Assembly (NCBI GenBank): GCA_000934665.2
Contig: KZ539006.1
Coordinates: forward strand, 1-36,823
Length of the DNA: 36,823 nt
Direction: 5' to 3'
Source of the DNA: Catajapyx aquilonaris
Lineage: Eukaryota
The notes beneath the pieces were generated by a model that saw nothing but the letters and a program-made list of their open reading frames with translations, was not told the DNA's origin and made no database searches. Positions within the stretch are counted from its first letter, which is position 1. Every line of letters starts with the position of its first letter. Positions 1 through 12,138 of the stretch are shown here, piece after piece. The position numbers and the translations under genes were made by a program.

Positions 1-1787
1 CAAGGCGCGCCCAGTGTCATGGGAAAAGGCTAAAGCATGTCACCCTGGCGTTCCTTTTTGCCTCTCATTACGTTCTTTCCTAATTGTTATCTTGCTTTGG
101 TGTACAGTCCAAGGTAACGGGCCTTGAAAACACGATTTTTGTTTTGTTTTGTTGCCGTCTCCTTGATCAAACACATACTATTGAATTATCAATATTTTTC
201 AATTATAATAGTCAACATGCCTTTATTTAATAGCAAAATCGTCAAAATTCGCCAAGTTGAAGTGTAGGGCTTTCCCGCCTTTTCCACCTGTTGAGCCTTC
301 CGAGTTTTCGCAACGTGCCAAAAAGGAACCGCCAACAAGTGAAGCTACCTTAATATATATTTTTTTGCAAAATTCAATCCAAAAAAAACAAACAGAGGTG
401 ATCGTTCGCTCCAAAGAATCAGATGAAAGTCCTTTGGCTCCAACAATAAAAATGTAAACTTCAACTCGACCTTCACCGTGTTGTCTAGACAGACCAAAAC
501 ATAAACAAAGAATCGGAAGAGGAATAACAATGCAAAAAAAAACACACAAGACGAGACAAGCAATGTTGTTGCACCGAACAGTGTTGCATAACTCCATATT
601 GGTCGATGGGCATAGGGCCAATTGGACTATTTTCGGTTGGGGTTTTCTCCTGCAGACGAACTCGTACAATTAATGGAATGCACCTCCGGGAATAGTTCCC
701 AGGAAATTCCTGGCCCTGAGAGAGAAAAAAAATGTCCCATGAGGTTCTGCATAGAAACGAAAAGGAAAAAAAAAACTAGTAAGTACTTTTTGGAATAAAA
801 ACGCACAAAGTTTGAAAATTCCTCGCAAGTAATTTTGACTTTCTCCCTCCCCCATTTCCATCTCGAGTTGCGCGTGCCCCCCTTTTTTCCTGGAAACAAA
901 TTGAGAGAGGACACGTACTCGAAATTAAGAAATGTCCAATTAGCTAACGACTCTATTTTAATTAGAGAAGCGATCCACAGAAATCGAACGCTCCCCCTGA
1001 TTCCAAGAGGGGTTAGGGAGCCAACTTTTTCTTTCTTTCTTTCCTCCAGTTTCCTTTTAGGAGTTTTGTTCGTGACGAAAACATACTCTTTTGGAAGGGC
1101 TTTTCTGTAAAAGACACCGACAAGGGTGTAACATATCGCATTTTTTTTTTGAAGTTTGGACATCCTAGACTGATATCGTCATCGCCAATAATTCGCGTGA
1201 AGATGGCCTCCTTGGCTTGCAAAATGTCTCTTCATATACATTTTTTTTTTCTGTCTGAGGGATGGTCCGCGGCCTGTGGCAAGTCTTTATGTCGTTGCAA
1301 GGTCGAGTTCTTGCCAAGACAGCTGCCGTAAGGCGCTTTATGGAGGGAAGCCCGGCAGCAATTATGCTCCAAGTTCGCTTCCAGATAGTAAGTAATGGCC
1401 CCATTAGCGCTAACGACCACGAGGCCTTCTTCCTAACGCAACCACCAAGCAGCCCAAAGCCAGTCTAACCAGCCAATCCTCTCACCTGACCCCTAGGACT
1501 TACTCTCACAAATGTACGTCACGCTTACTGGGGACGAAGCCAGTGTGACGGACCGTGACAAAACCCAACGATTTACCACGTAATACTATTCGTCGCGGAT
1601 AGATGTCGCACCCTGTCTGCATACACCTGCCACCGTGCGAGAGACAGCGATACTATCAGGTCGGACAAACATCAGACGAAGCGAATAATCATATTTGTCA
1701 CATCGGCCACAAAAAAAAACCACTTCACGTCACTGTCCGTCACAACGTAACGGACTTGAACCCAACCCGGGTTGATGATTATTTATT

Positions 1788-1959
1788 NNNNNNNNNNNNN
1801 NNNNNNNNNNNNNNNNNNNNNNNNNNNNNNNNNNNNNNNNNNNNNNNNNNNNNNNNNNNNNNNNNNNNNNNNNNNNNNNNNNNNNNNNNNNNNNNNNNNN
1901 NNNNNNNNNNNNNNNNNNNNNNNNNNNNNNNNNNNNNNNNNNNNNNNNNNNNNNNNNNN
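1788..1959. other. Assembly gap (N run) abutting a poly-G tract
   Basis: Continuous Ns 1788-1959, immediately followed by a G run. Confidence 0.99.
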
Positions 1960-2230
1960 GGGGGGGGGGGGGTACTGGACTTTTTGAAGAAGAAGAAGAA
2001 AAAAAAAAATCGGCCATAATATAATGGGTCGCTCGCGTCTGAGCCAAGGACGTTACGATAACGGGACCGAATGAAACGCAATTTCACGTAGGCGACTCGC
2101 GTTCAAAACTGGCAATACTATCGGATGCGTAGGAGAATAGTTTAAATTAGTCGCCTCCAAGGTGAGCCCACTATTTCGTAACGTATTGCCAATAACCGAC
2201 GTTGTATCACATATTGGCAAGTATATGTAT

Positions 2231-2502
2231 ATGATTTTTTTTACAAACGCAACCTAGTGCGCAGCCACATTCGCGCAGTATCCACAGTTGGCATTATCAG
2301 TGACAGTTGGTAAGCCATATGTACTGCGATGCACTTATTTCCAACGCTACCCTGTCAGCGACGTTGCCGAAGTTCTGGAACGAAGCAACGAACCTCAGTG
2401 GTGTGAATGAATTTTTTTGGACCCTTGAGAGTAACGTTCTCAGAACAGTAGAGCTGCGCCAGTGTGGATGCGCACTCGGTTGCGCTCGTTAAAAAAAAGC
2501 AT
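2231..2502. mobile_element. Degenerate MITE with ~45-bp terminal inverted repeats (family A, copy 1)
   Basis: Left ATGATTTTTTTTACAAACGCAACCTAGTGCGCAGCCACA vs reverse complement of right end ATGCTTTTTTTTAACGAGCGCAACCGAGTGCGCATCCACA. A related copy lies at 21639-21794. Confidence 0.75.
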
Positions 2503-2644
2503 GTGGTATTCAGAAACGTTGTCTAAGTTAAACGCTGTGTGGAAAATCTAAAAATTGCCCTTTTTTCCACTTCTTTCCTATTCGTACCCCTTGATTACTA
2601 AGCAAATAAATAAATAATATTAAATCATTCGTTGTATGACCGTC

Positions 2645-2705
2645 ATTGGCCCCCATTCTGCGCCGGCGCAGTGATGGAAGGCAGCGCCTCTGGTGGATGG
2701 GAGGA
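2645..2705. repeat. Dispersed ~60-bp repeat, also at 16206-16268
   Basis: Core GCAGCGCCTCTGGTGG(A/G)TGGGAGGA matches at 24/25. The upstream segment ATTGGCCCCCATTCTGCGCCGGCGCAGTG aligns with ATTAGCCGCCGTTCTGCTCAGGCGCAATG. Confidence 0.8.
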
Positions 2706-3734
2706 GGCCCTAATAGCTTAAATTAATAAAATTGCGTAATATTAGAAACGTCGACCTACAAAAAAAAATGTCGTTACTCATTACCTCAAAGATGTCAACC
2801 GTAATTAACCATTGCATAAAACAAGACAATGGCCAATCGGTGTGCAACATTTTTTTTCTCGTTCTTCCATTTGCGGAAACGTCGTCAGGGTTGACAGGTG
2901 GCTGGGAGAATAGGCGCCGGCGCCCACACTACCTGCAGGGGTGCCAGACTCAGCAGCATACATCACTCGGGATGGCGCCGACTGCCAGGATTCTTCATAT
3001 ACAATTTTTCTTTTTTACATTTTGAGGTCACCAACCTATCTGGCTACTGTCGCACTGCACGCGTCTAATTAACCCGCAAATTCAACTTACAACAAATACC
3101 CGGTATTCGCACCCCCTCAAAAAAAAAAAACGTCAGGACTGACCTTCTGTAGATGACCACTCCAATTTTTACGTCCATAAATGAGCGAATCCGCAAAAAA
3201 ATTGACCATCTAAACGTGTGTTAATAAATGGCGTCTTAATTTATTCCGCACGCTTGACCTCGGGAGCGGCTTCTTTTTAACCGCTAAATTAAGTCGCACG
3301 CTGCAGCTGAGGTGCTGGCAAATTTTTTTTTCTCGCTCGCAAAATGTTGAATCACAGTTTTCTCCACCATATTTACGTCATGCGACAAGACTTTCGGTCA
3401 TCAACCCCTACTCTTTTTTTTAAAAAAAAAAAAGGCGCAAAACGCACGCGTCATAAGGCCGATTGGTTGTCATTTAAGTGGGTTGAGAGGGGGGGGGGGT
3501 TGCTTCGTAATTCCAGCGGAAAAGTGACACCGTCCTTGACTGATTGTAACGGAAATCAATTGTCGGTGGATCAGGCGGAATATTTCGTCGACACCTTCCC
3601 GTCACAACCTCCGGAGGGGCTGGAGGTTATCGCCAATTCGCAGCATCAAGGTTTAAGTCACACCTTTTGACAAGATTTATGGCAACTCAGGTCGTACATC
3701 ATGGGGTTTGACGACACCTTTTTTTTAAAAAAAA

Positions 3735-3890
3735 AATTATTTCCAACCCTACACTTTTAGCCACAATGCACTTTATTTCCAACCTTCATTTGTGCTGCAA
3801 TTATTTCCAACTGACATGATTGTGGCGATGCCATGTATTTCCAACCTACGATGTGGAAATACCATGTATTTCCAACTTCCGATTTATTTC
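3735..3890. repeat. Degenerate ATTTCCAAC tandem repeat (about 5 units, 28-36 bp spacing), same family as 4600-5037
   Basis: ATTTCCAAC ends at 3747, 3783, 3811, 3845 and 3876. 3735-3785 aligns with 4628-4676. Confidence 0.85.
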
Positions 3891-4599
3891 AGCGTTTTTT
3901 TTTGTAGGTAGAAGATAAAGCTGAATCCTATTTTACAAGCCTGATAAAAAAGAAGTGGTTGTGTGAACACGACATCTCAACAGCCATCGAAAGGGATAAT
4001 AAAAATAGCGGGTAGCAGTTTAAAATAGCACATCAGGCTTTTGTGTAGTGTCTGGTGACTTTTAACCCCTACTGTTGATGTCCATCCCACGCCCGTTTCG
4101 TGACAAAAATCACGACACAAGGGAACGGGTGAGACTTTGAGGTCACGAAAGGCGAGATTTGATCTGGTTGGTCATGTCTCAAGGTCACAATAATGACCCA
4201 AATCGACGCACAAACAAGACACCGTCTAATTTCAGCTTCCTTATCTCTTTCTCTTTTTCTGTTGTCTCCTCCAGAGAACTCAACACCCTCCCCATATTTT
4301 TAATGTCACGTTTACCACCTTTGGCTTCGAAAGAACAGTGAAAAAGGTCATACATGGAATATCTATATTTTTTTTTGTCGTGGGTATTATGAGGTATTAA
4401 TAACCTGGCTGCCTGCGATTGACACCCAGATCACGTTTGGACCAGGCCAGCTTCCCACTCGCTACAATATGGAGGTTACAGAGTAGATATCTCAAGGTCG
4501 AAATTCCCACATCATAATTATGTGCATATTCTAGGGTGGTGCACCGTATGAATTGATGAACATAATATCAGAAGCTAATATTTTCCAGCCACAATTCCC

Positions 4600-5037
4600 T
4601 TTACTTCCAACCTACATTTTTTTCTACAATTATTTCCAACCTACACTCTTATCACAATGCCATTATTTCCAACTTACGCAATTGCGACATTAATGTAAGT
4701 TGGAAATAAGGACATTGCGATAATAGTGTTAGTTGGAAATAACATCGATGCGACAAGAGTGTCAGTTGGAAATAACATCAATGTGACAAGAATGTCAGTT
4801 GGAAATAACGGCAATACGACAATAGTTTCAGTTGGAAATAACGGCAATACGACAATAGTTTCAGTTGGAAATAACGCCAATACGACAATAGTTTCAGTTG
4901 GAAATAACATCAATGCGACAATAGTGTCAGTTGGAAATAACGTCAATGCGACAAGAATGTCAGTTGGAAATAACGTCGATACGACAAGAGTGTATACGTT
5001 ACATACATTCTTGTCGCAATGCATTTATTTCCAACTT
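4600..5037. repeat. 33-bp minisatellite with internal orientation switches (fold-back array)
   Basis: GTTGGAAATAA at exact 33-bp period from 4699 to 4963 (9 copies). Opposite-orientation units lie at 4600-4677 and 5006-5037. Confidence 0.95.
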
Positions 5038-7689
5038 ACCGCCTCCTACAAATTATTGCAAAAAAAAAATCAGTTAGCCTACACCCATTTTCATATAAAA
5101 AATTGCAATATTGTTTACAGGTGAGTTTGGCCAAAATCGCGAATAAGCCACGATAATTCGCGGCTCCCATAGGAATTTCATTATCATGCAACAAACCGGC
5201 AATTAAATGCTGAATTGCCATTTGAAAAGGGCCATTCATACCCTCTCTGCTCAACACTTTTGCAATAAATCCGAGAGTGCATTTTATTGCCCTTCCCCCG
5301 GAAACAACAAACTTAAAAAAAAAATGGCGAAAAAAAAACTTCCACACGGTTACGTATACCAAAAGCATTTAATAATTTTCAGGTTACTGTCATCCTGTGG
5401 TTTCAGGGTATGCCAAACGGACCTCGAAGTCACGCTGCAATTTTCCCTCCTTTTTAGTAAATGAGAAGCTGTCATTCTTAGGTTTTCGTGGCCGGTACGG
5501 TATGGTCACAAGATGTGCCCACAGGATTCTCACAACTTAACTAAAGGGGTCGTGCGGATAAACCACGTGGGATTTCCCCCTCCCAGTATTTTATGTAGGA
5601 GGTTTATAGTACTACTATAGGAAGCCCCTTGCATAATGGGTCGCCTGGAAACGAATTCAGCGGTGGGTGTTCCTTTGAACTCAGAGGACATTAGTTCTTG
5701 CCTGGCCCTTTCCGAGCAGCCCTATTAATACATAACACAAGTAGCCTAATCGCATTGGGAGGGTTCCCTTTCTGTCAGCGACGCCCTCGCGTTTATTGTC
5801 CCCCCACATCCCCCCCTTTGCGACGCCGAGGCTCTAAAACCCATCTCGACAAAAACATAGGACCCGATTTGTCATCTGCAAAAAAAAAAACGCCACTCTA
5901 AAAAATGGACCAATGCAGTTTCTGTGCAAATTATTGCAAAATTTTTGTTTATAGTTTTGATAGACTTATCATTTGGCTGATAGATTTTTTTTAAAAGGCT
6001 CCATTCATGTGTTTGTTCAGATTATTCTGGTGCAAACTAGAAATGTCTGTTTTTAAATGCACGCTAAGTATAGAACAAAAAAAAAAGAAGTGCAACACGT
6101 GCATCTGTATACAAAAGTGCATCAATGTATTGATCTCACAAGTGCTTCAGATTTTACACCAATAAAAAGGACATGAATTCGGATAATTGAGTAAAGTGGT
6201 AAATGCGGTGTGTACTTGCTAAAGGCTCATTATTGGCCGTAAAAGTTAAGCAAGTTTACTGAATAGTTTACCGCATTGGTGCGAATTGCTTTGGATGTGC
6301 AACTTTTGCAACATGTGAAACTATTGCGAAGCTGCGACTCGAATCAAATTTTTTTTATATAAATATGCTATATACTGTACATTAAAATTAGATTAAAATG
6401 AAATATCAACAGAATTGATCATACTCGTATGTAAAATTACAAAAAAAAAATCATTTCAAAGCAATTCACTGAATAAAATAAGACAGTGTAAGCCACCGTT
6501 TGACAGTTTGCAAATATTCTATTATTATAGTACAGTATGTGTCTATAGCGACACAGGAAGCGTGGGCGACTTGCAGATAATTCCGCAACATCCAAGCGGA
6601 TCATGATTTATTTTAAGAAGCAGTAACTCGAACTGCATTAGTAAAGATATGACGTACACGTGTAGCTTCGATACTCCGCAAGTACACTGTAACGTGTTGC
6701 TAAAAAATTAATGTACAATCAGGCCAGGCACCTTTAGGCGTCTGGTTATATTTTTATAGCACACGACTCGATAATTATGTATGCAGAGCCCTCTTATAAA
6801 TTCAAATTTTGACGGAAACAAGCTACGAGGCCTGATATAAATTCATGTCTTTTGCAACATATATGCACTTGTACAATGTGGTAGATGTTACATTTAGAAT
6901 TTGTCGTAAACAAGTCATGTGCAATTGCACGAGTTTATTGGTACAAGATCACAGACTCGAAATGTGGCGAATTACATTAGACGCAAGTGTGGAAACAAGT
7001 ACACAACAAAAATAAACAAGCATAAATAAATAATGTATCTCTGAAATTGCAGCCAGAGAATACAGGCCGATCCTAGTATATCTGCAGCTGCATGCATAAT
7101 AAGCTGATTATATTGAAACGTACAGTATTCATTAACGCACACATATGAAGACATGAGACGCAGACAGTTCAGGGTCATACTGGATCATTTCGAGTCCATT
7201 AAATTTTTATAGTAGATTGCCTGATATAGGGTATGTACGTGAATGACACAATAAAAAAATTCGAGTGCGTCTCGAGTCTTCATTCTGACTGTGCAGTACT
7301 TTCTCAGAAAATGTCTGGGAGGGGAAAAACCTGGCATTAACCCGCATTCAACTTATTCGCGAAGGTTAAACACCTTCCAATCGTTCACTAAGAGACGAAT
7401 AAGTTATCATAATTTCACACCCAACCTATTATCTCCCAAGCCAGCTTCTGTTGCAAAAATCGGCAAGGTCAACATCCTTACGGAGAAGATGCCAATCTCG
7501 CTAATATTCTAGTCCAAACTATGTTATTTGATGGTGGCCCATTCTAATCACTCATTAGTGATCGCATAAAAAAGAGATGAAACCGGAATGACAGCAGTGT
7601 TGTACAAGGAGAGCGGCGCAATGAAAAGGCGGGTAACCCATCATTACCCGATCTGCCGTAAATCTCTTTAGAGAAGCCCCTAAGGTTAC

Positions 7690-7790
7690 CTTCTAGAACG
7701 TCACCACTTCAAAAGTGTGTAAGGTTGTCACTCCCAAGTGCAGATGCTCTCGAGTCACTTACCTGCGAAAGAGAGAAAAAAAACGTTATA
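7690..7790 (-). other. Candidate recursive splice site (ratchet point) with putative 73-nt RS-exon
   Basis: Minus strand reads TTTTTTTTCTCTCTTTCGCAG|GTAAGTGAC (junction 7763/7762). Downstream cryptic donor GAAG|GTAACC at 7690/7689. Confidence 0.6.
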
Positions 7791-8643
7791 AGTAAACAAA
7801 CAGTGAGAGTCGTGCAAGAGGGCCCTTTACATCATTCAAACCGGTGTTGATAACAAGGCGTTGATGACCTGTCACAACCGACCCTTATGCAACACCCCCT
7901 TATCTTTCAGTAATCGCTGTGGCCTGATCCGCACGATAACACTTATGATTGTTAAAATTTTTGTACAATATGCACTATGTTGTCCATGATTTTGTCTGGT
8001 ATAGAAACAGTACAAAACGGGACCAGGTCACGCTGCAACGCACAGATCACGTGCTATTGCGAAACAAAAAAAAACACCCCCCTCAAGGTGAATTCTGGAT
8101 TCCGCCGGTGGCAATAATCTGTGCAGAGGTTGGGGAGATACCGCGAATGGCCTTGAAGCTCACAGTGCAAAGTACTCCCCCCCCCCCCNCCCGATGCCAA
8201 AAGAGCGCCTCTTGCAATTATCATCCGAATAAAATTTTGGCCAAACTGGCCGCTAATTAGAAAATTCTCAACCGTCCAATGAGTTAATGTCAGGGCAACC
8301 CAGCAAACCGTAATCGTGGCCAACTCGTCGGCTAAAAGCATACTCCTCGACACAATAAATATAAAAAAAGACAGGGGGTGGGAGGGGGGGGGGGGTTATC
8401 CTCTCCCCGCCACATTTGGCCGCACGTCTACTTCGCCCGACGCCGCCCGACGGCGACCCAAACTTTTTACTGGAAGACCGCCAACATGCAAATGAAAAAG
8501 CCTCCCAATGTAGACGGCCGTCTTCTTTAAAGCCCACACGGAAGTCGAGTCCTGGCGACCAATGATTCCCGCTTTTTTTTATTATTTATTTGTCGAAAAT
8601 GTCGCACGCTTGTTCTTATTTTATCAGCGACCTTCGGTATATA

Positions 8644-8664
8644 GTGTGTGTGTGTGTGTGTGTG
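8644..8664. repeat. (GT)10 microsatellite
   Basis: Direct reading of the sequence. Confidence 0.95.
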
Positions 8665-8825
8665 ACTTGCTTCACACTACTGCGTCGTTACACGATGGAA
8701 ATTCGTATAAGTCAAGGGCACGTGCGCATTACTCTGTACACAGATAATTTGCACCGTTCCTATCACACGGTACGACACGAGTTCAAGGACATGTAAACAC
8801 CACCTTTTTGCACACAGTGAAAGAC

Positions 8826-9535
8826 CTTAAAATCGCTAGCACGATCGCTGGAGACTTAAATAATACTAACAGTGATTTATCGGCTTAAACGTTATTTGTA
8901 TCAGCTACGTTTGTATACCAGTGTGCTGCTATGAGGAATATTGAATTACCTTCGTACAGACTATCCGGAAGACACATCAAGTGTTGCTGAGAGAAGCCAG
9001 AAAAAGTGTAAATATATCGTCTTTTAGACAATTGGAGTAAAAACTGTCGAATAAAATACATAAATAAAAATAAATACTAAACGCAGCGGAGTTTAAGATG
9101 AAATTAACCGCTGTTTGCATAATTTTAGTCGCTAGCGATCGTACTAGCGAATTTAATCCCGATCGCTAGCGACTTAACGTTTAAGCACGCAAATCGCTGC
9201 TTGTATAATTCTAGTCGCTATAGCGATTTCAATCCCGATCGCTAGCGACTTAACGTTTAAGCACGTAAATCGCTGCTTGTATAATTCTAGTCGCTATATC
9301 GAATTTAATCCCGATCGCTAGCGACTTAACGTTTAAGCACGCAAATCGCTGCTTGTATAATTCTAGTCGCTATAGCGATTTCAATCCAGATCGCTAGCGA
9401 CTTAACGTTTAAGCACGTAAATCGCTGCTTGTATAATTCTAGTCGCTACAGCGATTTTAAGTCCGATAGCTACCGACTTTTAAATTATACAATCTGCGAA
9501 ACGCAGCTGCTACAAATAAGCCGGTTAAATCGCTG
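8826..9535. repeat. 76-bp tandem array (about 4.5 units, ABAB higher-order pattern) with inverted flanking units
   Basis: GATCGCTAGCGACTTAACGTTTAAGCACG starts at 9161, 9237, 9313 and 9389. Diverged inverted unit at 8826-8895 and inverted fragment at ~9475-9500. Confidence 0.92.
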
Positions 9536-12102
9536 TTTTCTGAGCCTGAATTTTCTTCTTCCTTCTCCTGCGACCGGTGGCATTTCGCATGCATCAGATA
9601 TTTGGGTTGCCAAGAGGAGCGTCGGTGTCCAATAAGTGGCGCTTCCCTGGCGCCGGGGTCCTGATCCCAGCCAGGAAGGCGGCCAGGACGCCAAGTGCCA
9701 ATCCATTCCACTGCCTTGGATTCTTCGGCAACCTGACTCCTGCCAAACCCCCCCACCGACCAGACCAACCCCACCCATCCACCTCTAACACCAGAAGCAA
9801 GGGACTGTCCTCATCCCGATCAGCACAAAACTGGATGCCAAAGTCGCAGGACAATTTTCAAAAAACTTTTCCCGACTTGGCACACCGCGATTTTGTCTCA
9901 CTTTCCTGGCCACGAGCCCATTTCCCCCCGCCCTCAAATTTTCCCTAATTGCGGATCAGCAGTTCCCCCCCTATAGAGAGCAGCATATGCCATATGTGCA
10001 CTTGCATACACGTCAGGAGCAACGTGCTCTTGACAGCAACAGGTGCCGACATATGATGAAAGGCCGACCTTCGAAATCATTGCCCTCCAGCAAAGCATTG
10101 TCTGATACGTCCAACAGGTACAGTGTACCATACAAGTTTTTACTCCCGATTGTCTCAAAGGCGACAGATTTACACTTCTTGATGAGTCTTCCGTATCTTC
10201 TCGAAGGTGATTCACTTTTTTTTTTTCTTTCTTCTTAGGACAAACTTACATCCATCACCTTTTTATGACGGTTAGCTGAGGAGTGACAAATCGGGGTGGC
10301 TTCCGAGCTCTTTGCAGACATCGCGCTTCGGGTGAAATATCGCTCGCGGAAGAACTCACAACACAAGGACCGGGGCAGACAGCGTGGGAAATACATCCAA
10401 CAATAGTCGATCGGTTTAAGTGCATCAGCTCACACACCTTATATATCAAAGCACTATTCTAAATTATTCTGACGTAGCTCTTTCAACGATGCCAGATTTT
10501 TTTCGCTTCAACAAATGGCGGAATAACAATGGTGGCAGATGTGGTGCCATTGACTCATTCACAAAAGCTCAGTTGGTTAAATGTGTAGCTAATAAAAAAT
10601 TTTGTAACTTAATTTAGGCTACTTAAAACACTGGACCACAGCGAGCAGTATCTAACGAAGCTGAAAATCATTTTGGAGTCATACATTTTATGTATGAAAA
10701 GTACGGCAAGAGATCGGGTTGGTAATTTATCGATAATAATTTATTACACTTTTAACAACAGGCCTGAAAAGTCAAAATGCTGGTGAAGCAAGTAAGCTCG
10801 GGTTATCTAATTTCCAGGATGTAATCTAAGTACTTCAAGGTCGTCTTATATTCAGTTACCTATGCGTTCACCTCATGTCAACATAAACATGTTTGGGTCA
10901 TTGCAGGAAACTATACTTTTAAATAGACATTTAATGGCATATTTCAAGTATACGGCTATGGCAGTAAATCCGCTTACAATTTTTACATATATTGCATGTA
11001 TGTTTTCAAGACATTTGTTTCCAAACATTCGGCACGAGTTTCTCTCCTCTAGATAATCTTATCCTGAAAAGCTTTACCACAGTTTCCAACCCAAAATAGA
11101 AACCAACTCTTGTCTCCGATCCCAAATCCTCCCGTTCAGGCCAAGCAAAGAATACCAAGGGGCACATGACATGAAATCTTTGGATTTCATCCAATTCATG
11201 ACGTCTCTTCCCCCCTCCCCCCTCTCAACCACACGTTTCGTCATTTTATTACCTATATACGACATAGAGTTCAAGTCCCACAAAATGTACAAGACTTTAT
11301 CAATATTCCATACCGAGATATTTTATAGGTACTAGTTTTGCCATCCGTGAGAAGACGTAGGCATAGTTGAGGGGACATTGCCACGTGTCTACTAAGCTGA
11401 CTATGCCTTTTTTTTTGTAGGGGCATCGCACTCAACATATTGCGACATACGGCTACAAAAATCGCACGCGTGTTCGAGATTCTCTGGTCGCAATATTCGA
11501 TACGGGCTAATACGCGAAAAGTTTATGCAAAAAAAAATCATATTGGTTGAAATATCGTAAATATAGTTGTGTTTAAATCGTATGTGGCTAAATAAGTTAT
11601 TTAGTGATGTAAAACGGAGTTGAAGCGTAGTAAGAGTTGAAATGGTCCAAATTGGCAAGAAATTAGGTCCGGTTGTGCATCGTGTCCACCCTATAATATA
11701 TATATAATTTTCCCCTTAATTTTTAGGGTACATAATCGGCCCCAATCAAGATGGTGATTTAAAATTAAGTGGGATTGTGCGAAAAATAAGTTCAATTACT
11801 GTCCTATACCTTGAAAATCATCCCCCAGTCAACAAGATGTTGTCATCCAATTTTCTCATGATGCGTCGCAATAAAATACGGGCTCGGTTTACAAAGGTTA
11901 TTCACAGGATATACCGACTGATGCGCCAAAAAAAAAAACTAATGAGCAAAGAATGTGGGTAGCAAGACAAAAGAACCATTGACATGTGCACACTGAACAT
12001 CATTGTCAACGCCTCACCTGCTCTGCGTTGTTTGATTTTTTTCCCCCATGAAAAACATCAGGGTCTAACCTGCCCGATGTTGACAATATTTTTCCAGACT
12101 TG

Positions 12103-12138
12103 TACACGGTGTTTCATAACATAATTGCACACCCTGTA
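12103..12138. mobile_element. Possible 36-bp Tc1/mariner-type TIR remnant
   Basis: TACACGGTGT ... ACACCCTGTA is a 9/10 inverted match. TA+CAGGGTG is a common Tc1/mariner terminus. Confidence 0.35.

Noticed and set aside
4699..4975. CRISPR-like look of regularly spaced GTTGGAAATAA repeats (also considered for the 76-bp array)
   Set aside because: The intervening sequences are homologous to each other rather than unique spacers; no cas genes; eukaryotic context
4674..5124. ORFs with 11-aa repeats (VSVGNNGNTTI on +, LFPTETIVVLP on -) resembling beta-solenoid or ice-binding proteins
   Set aside because: The 33-bp period keeps both strands open automatically. The array flips orientation at both ends, and related units nearby have spacings that are not multiples of 3.
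10564..10582. tRNA A-box-like AGCTCAGTTGGTTA
   Set aside because: No B-box or cloverleaf downstream
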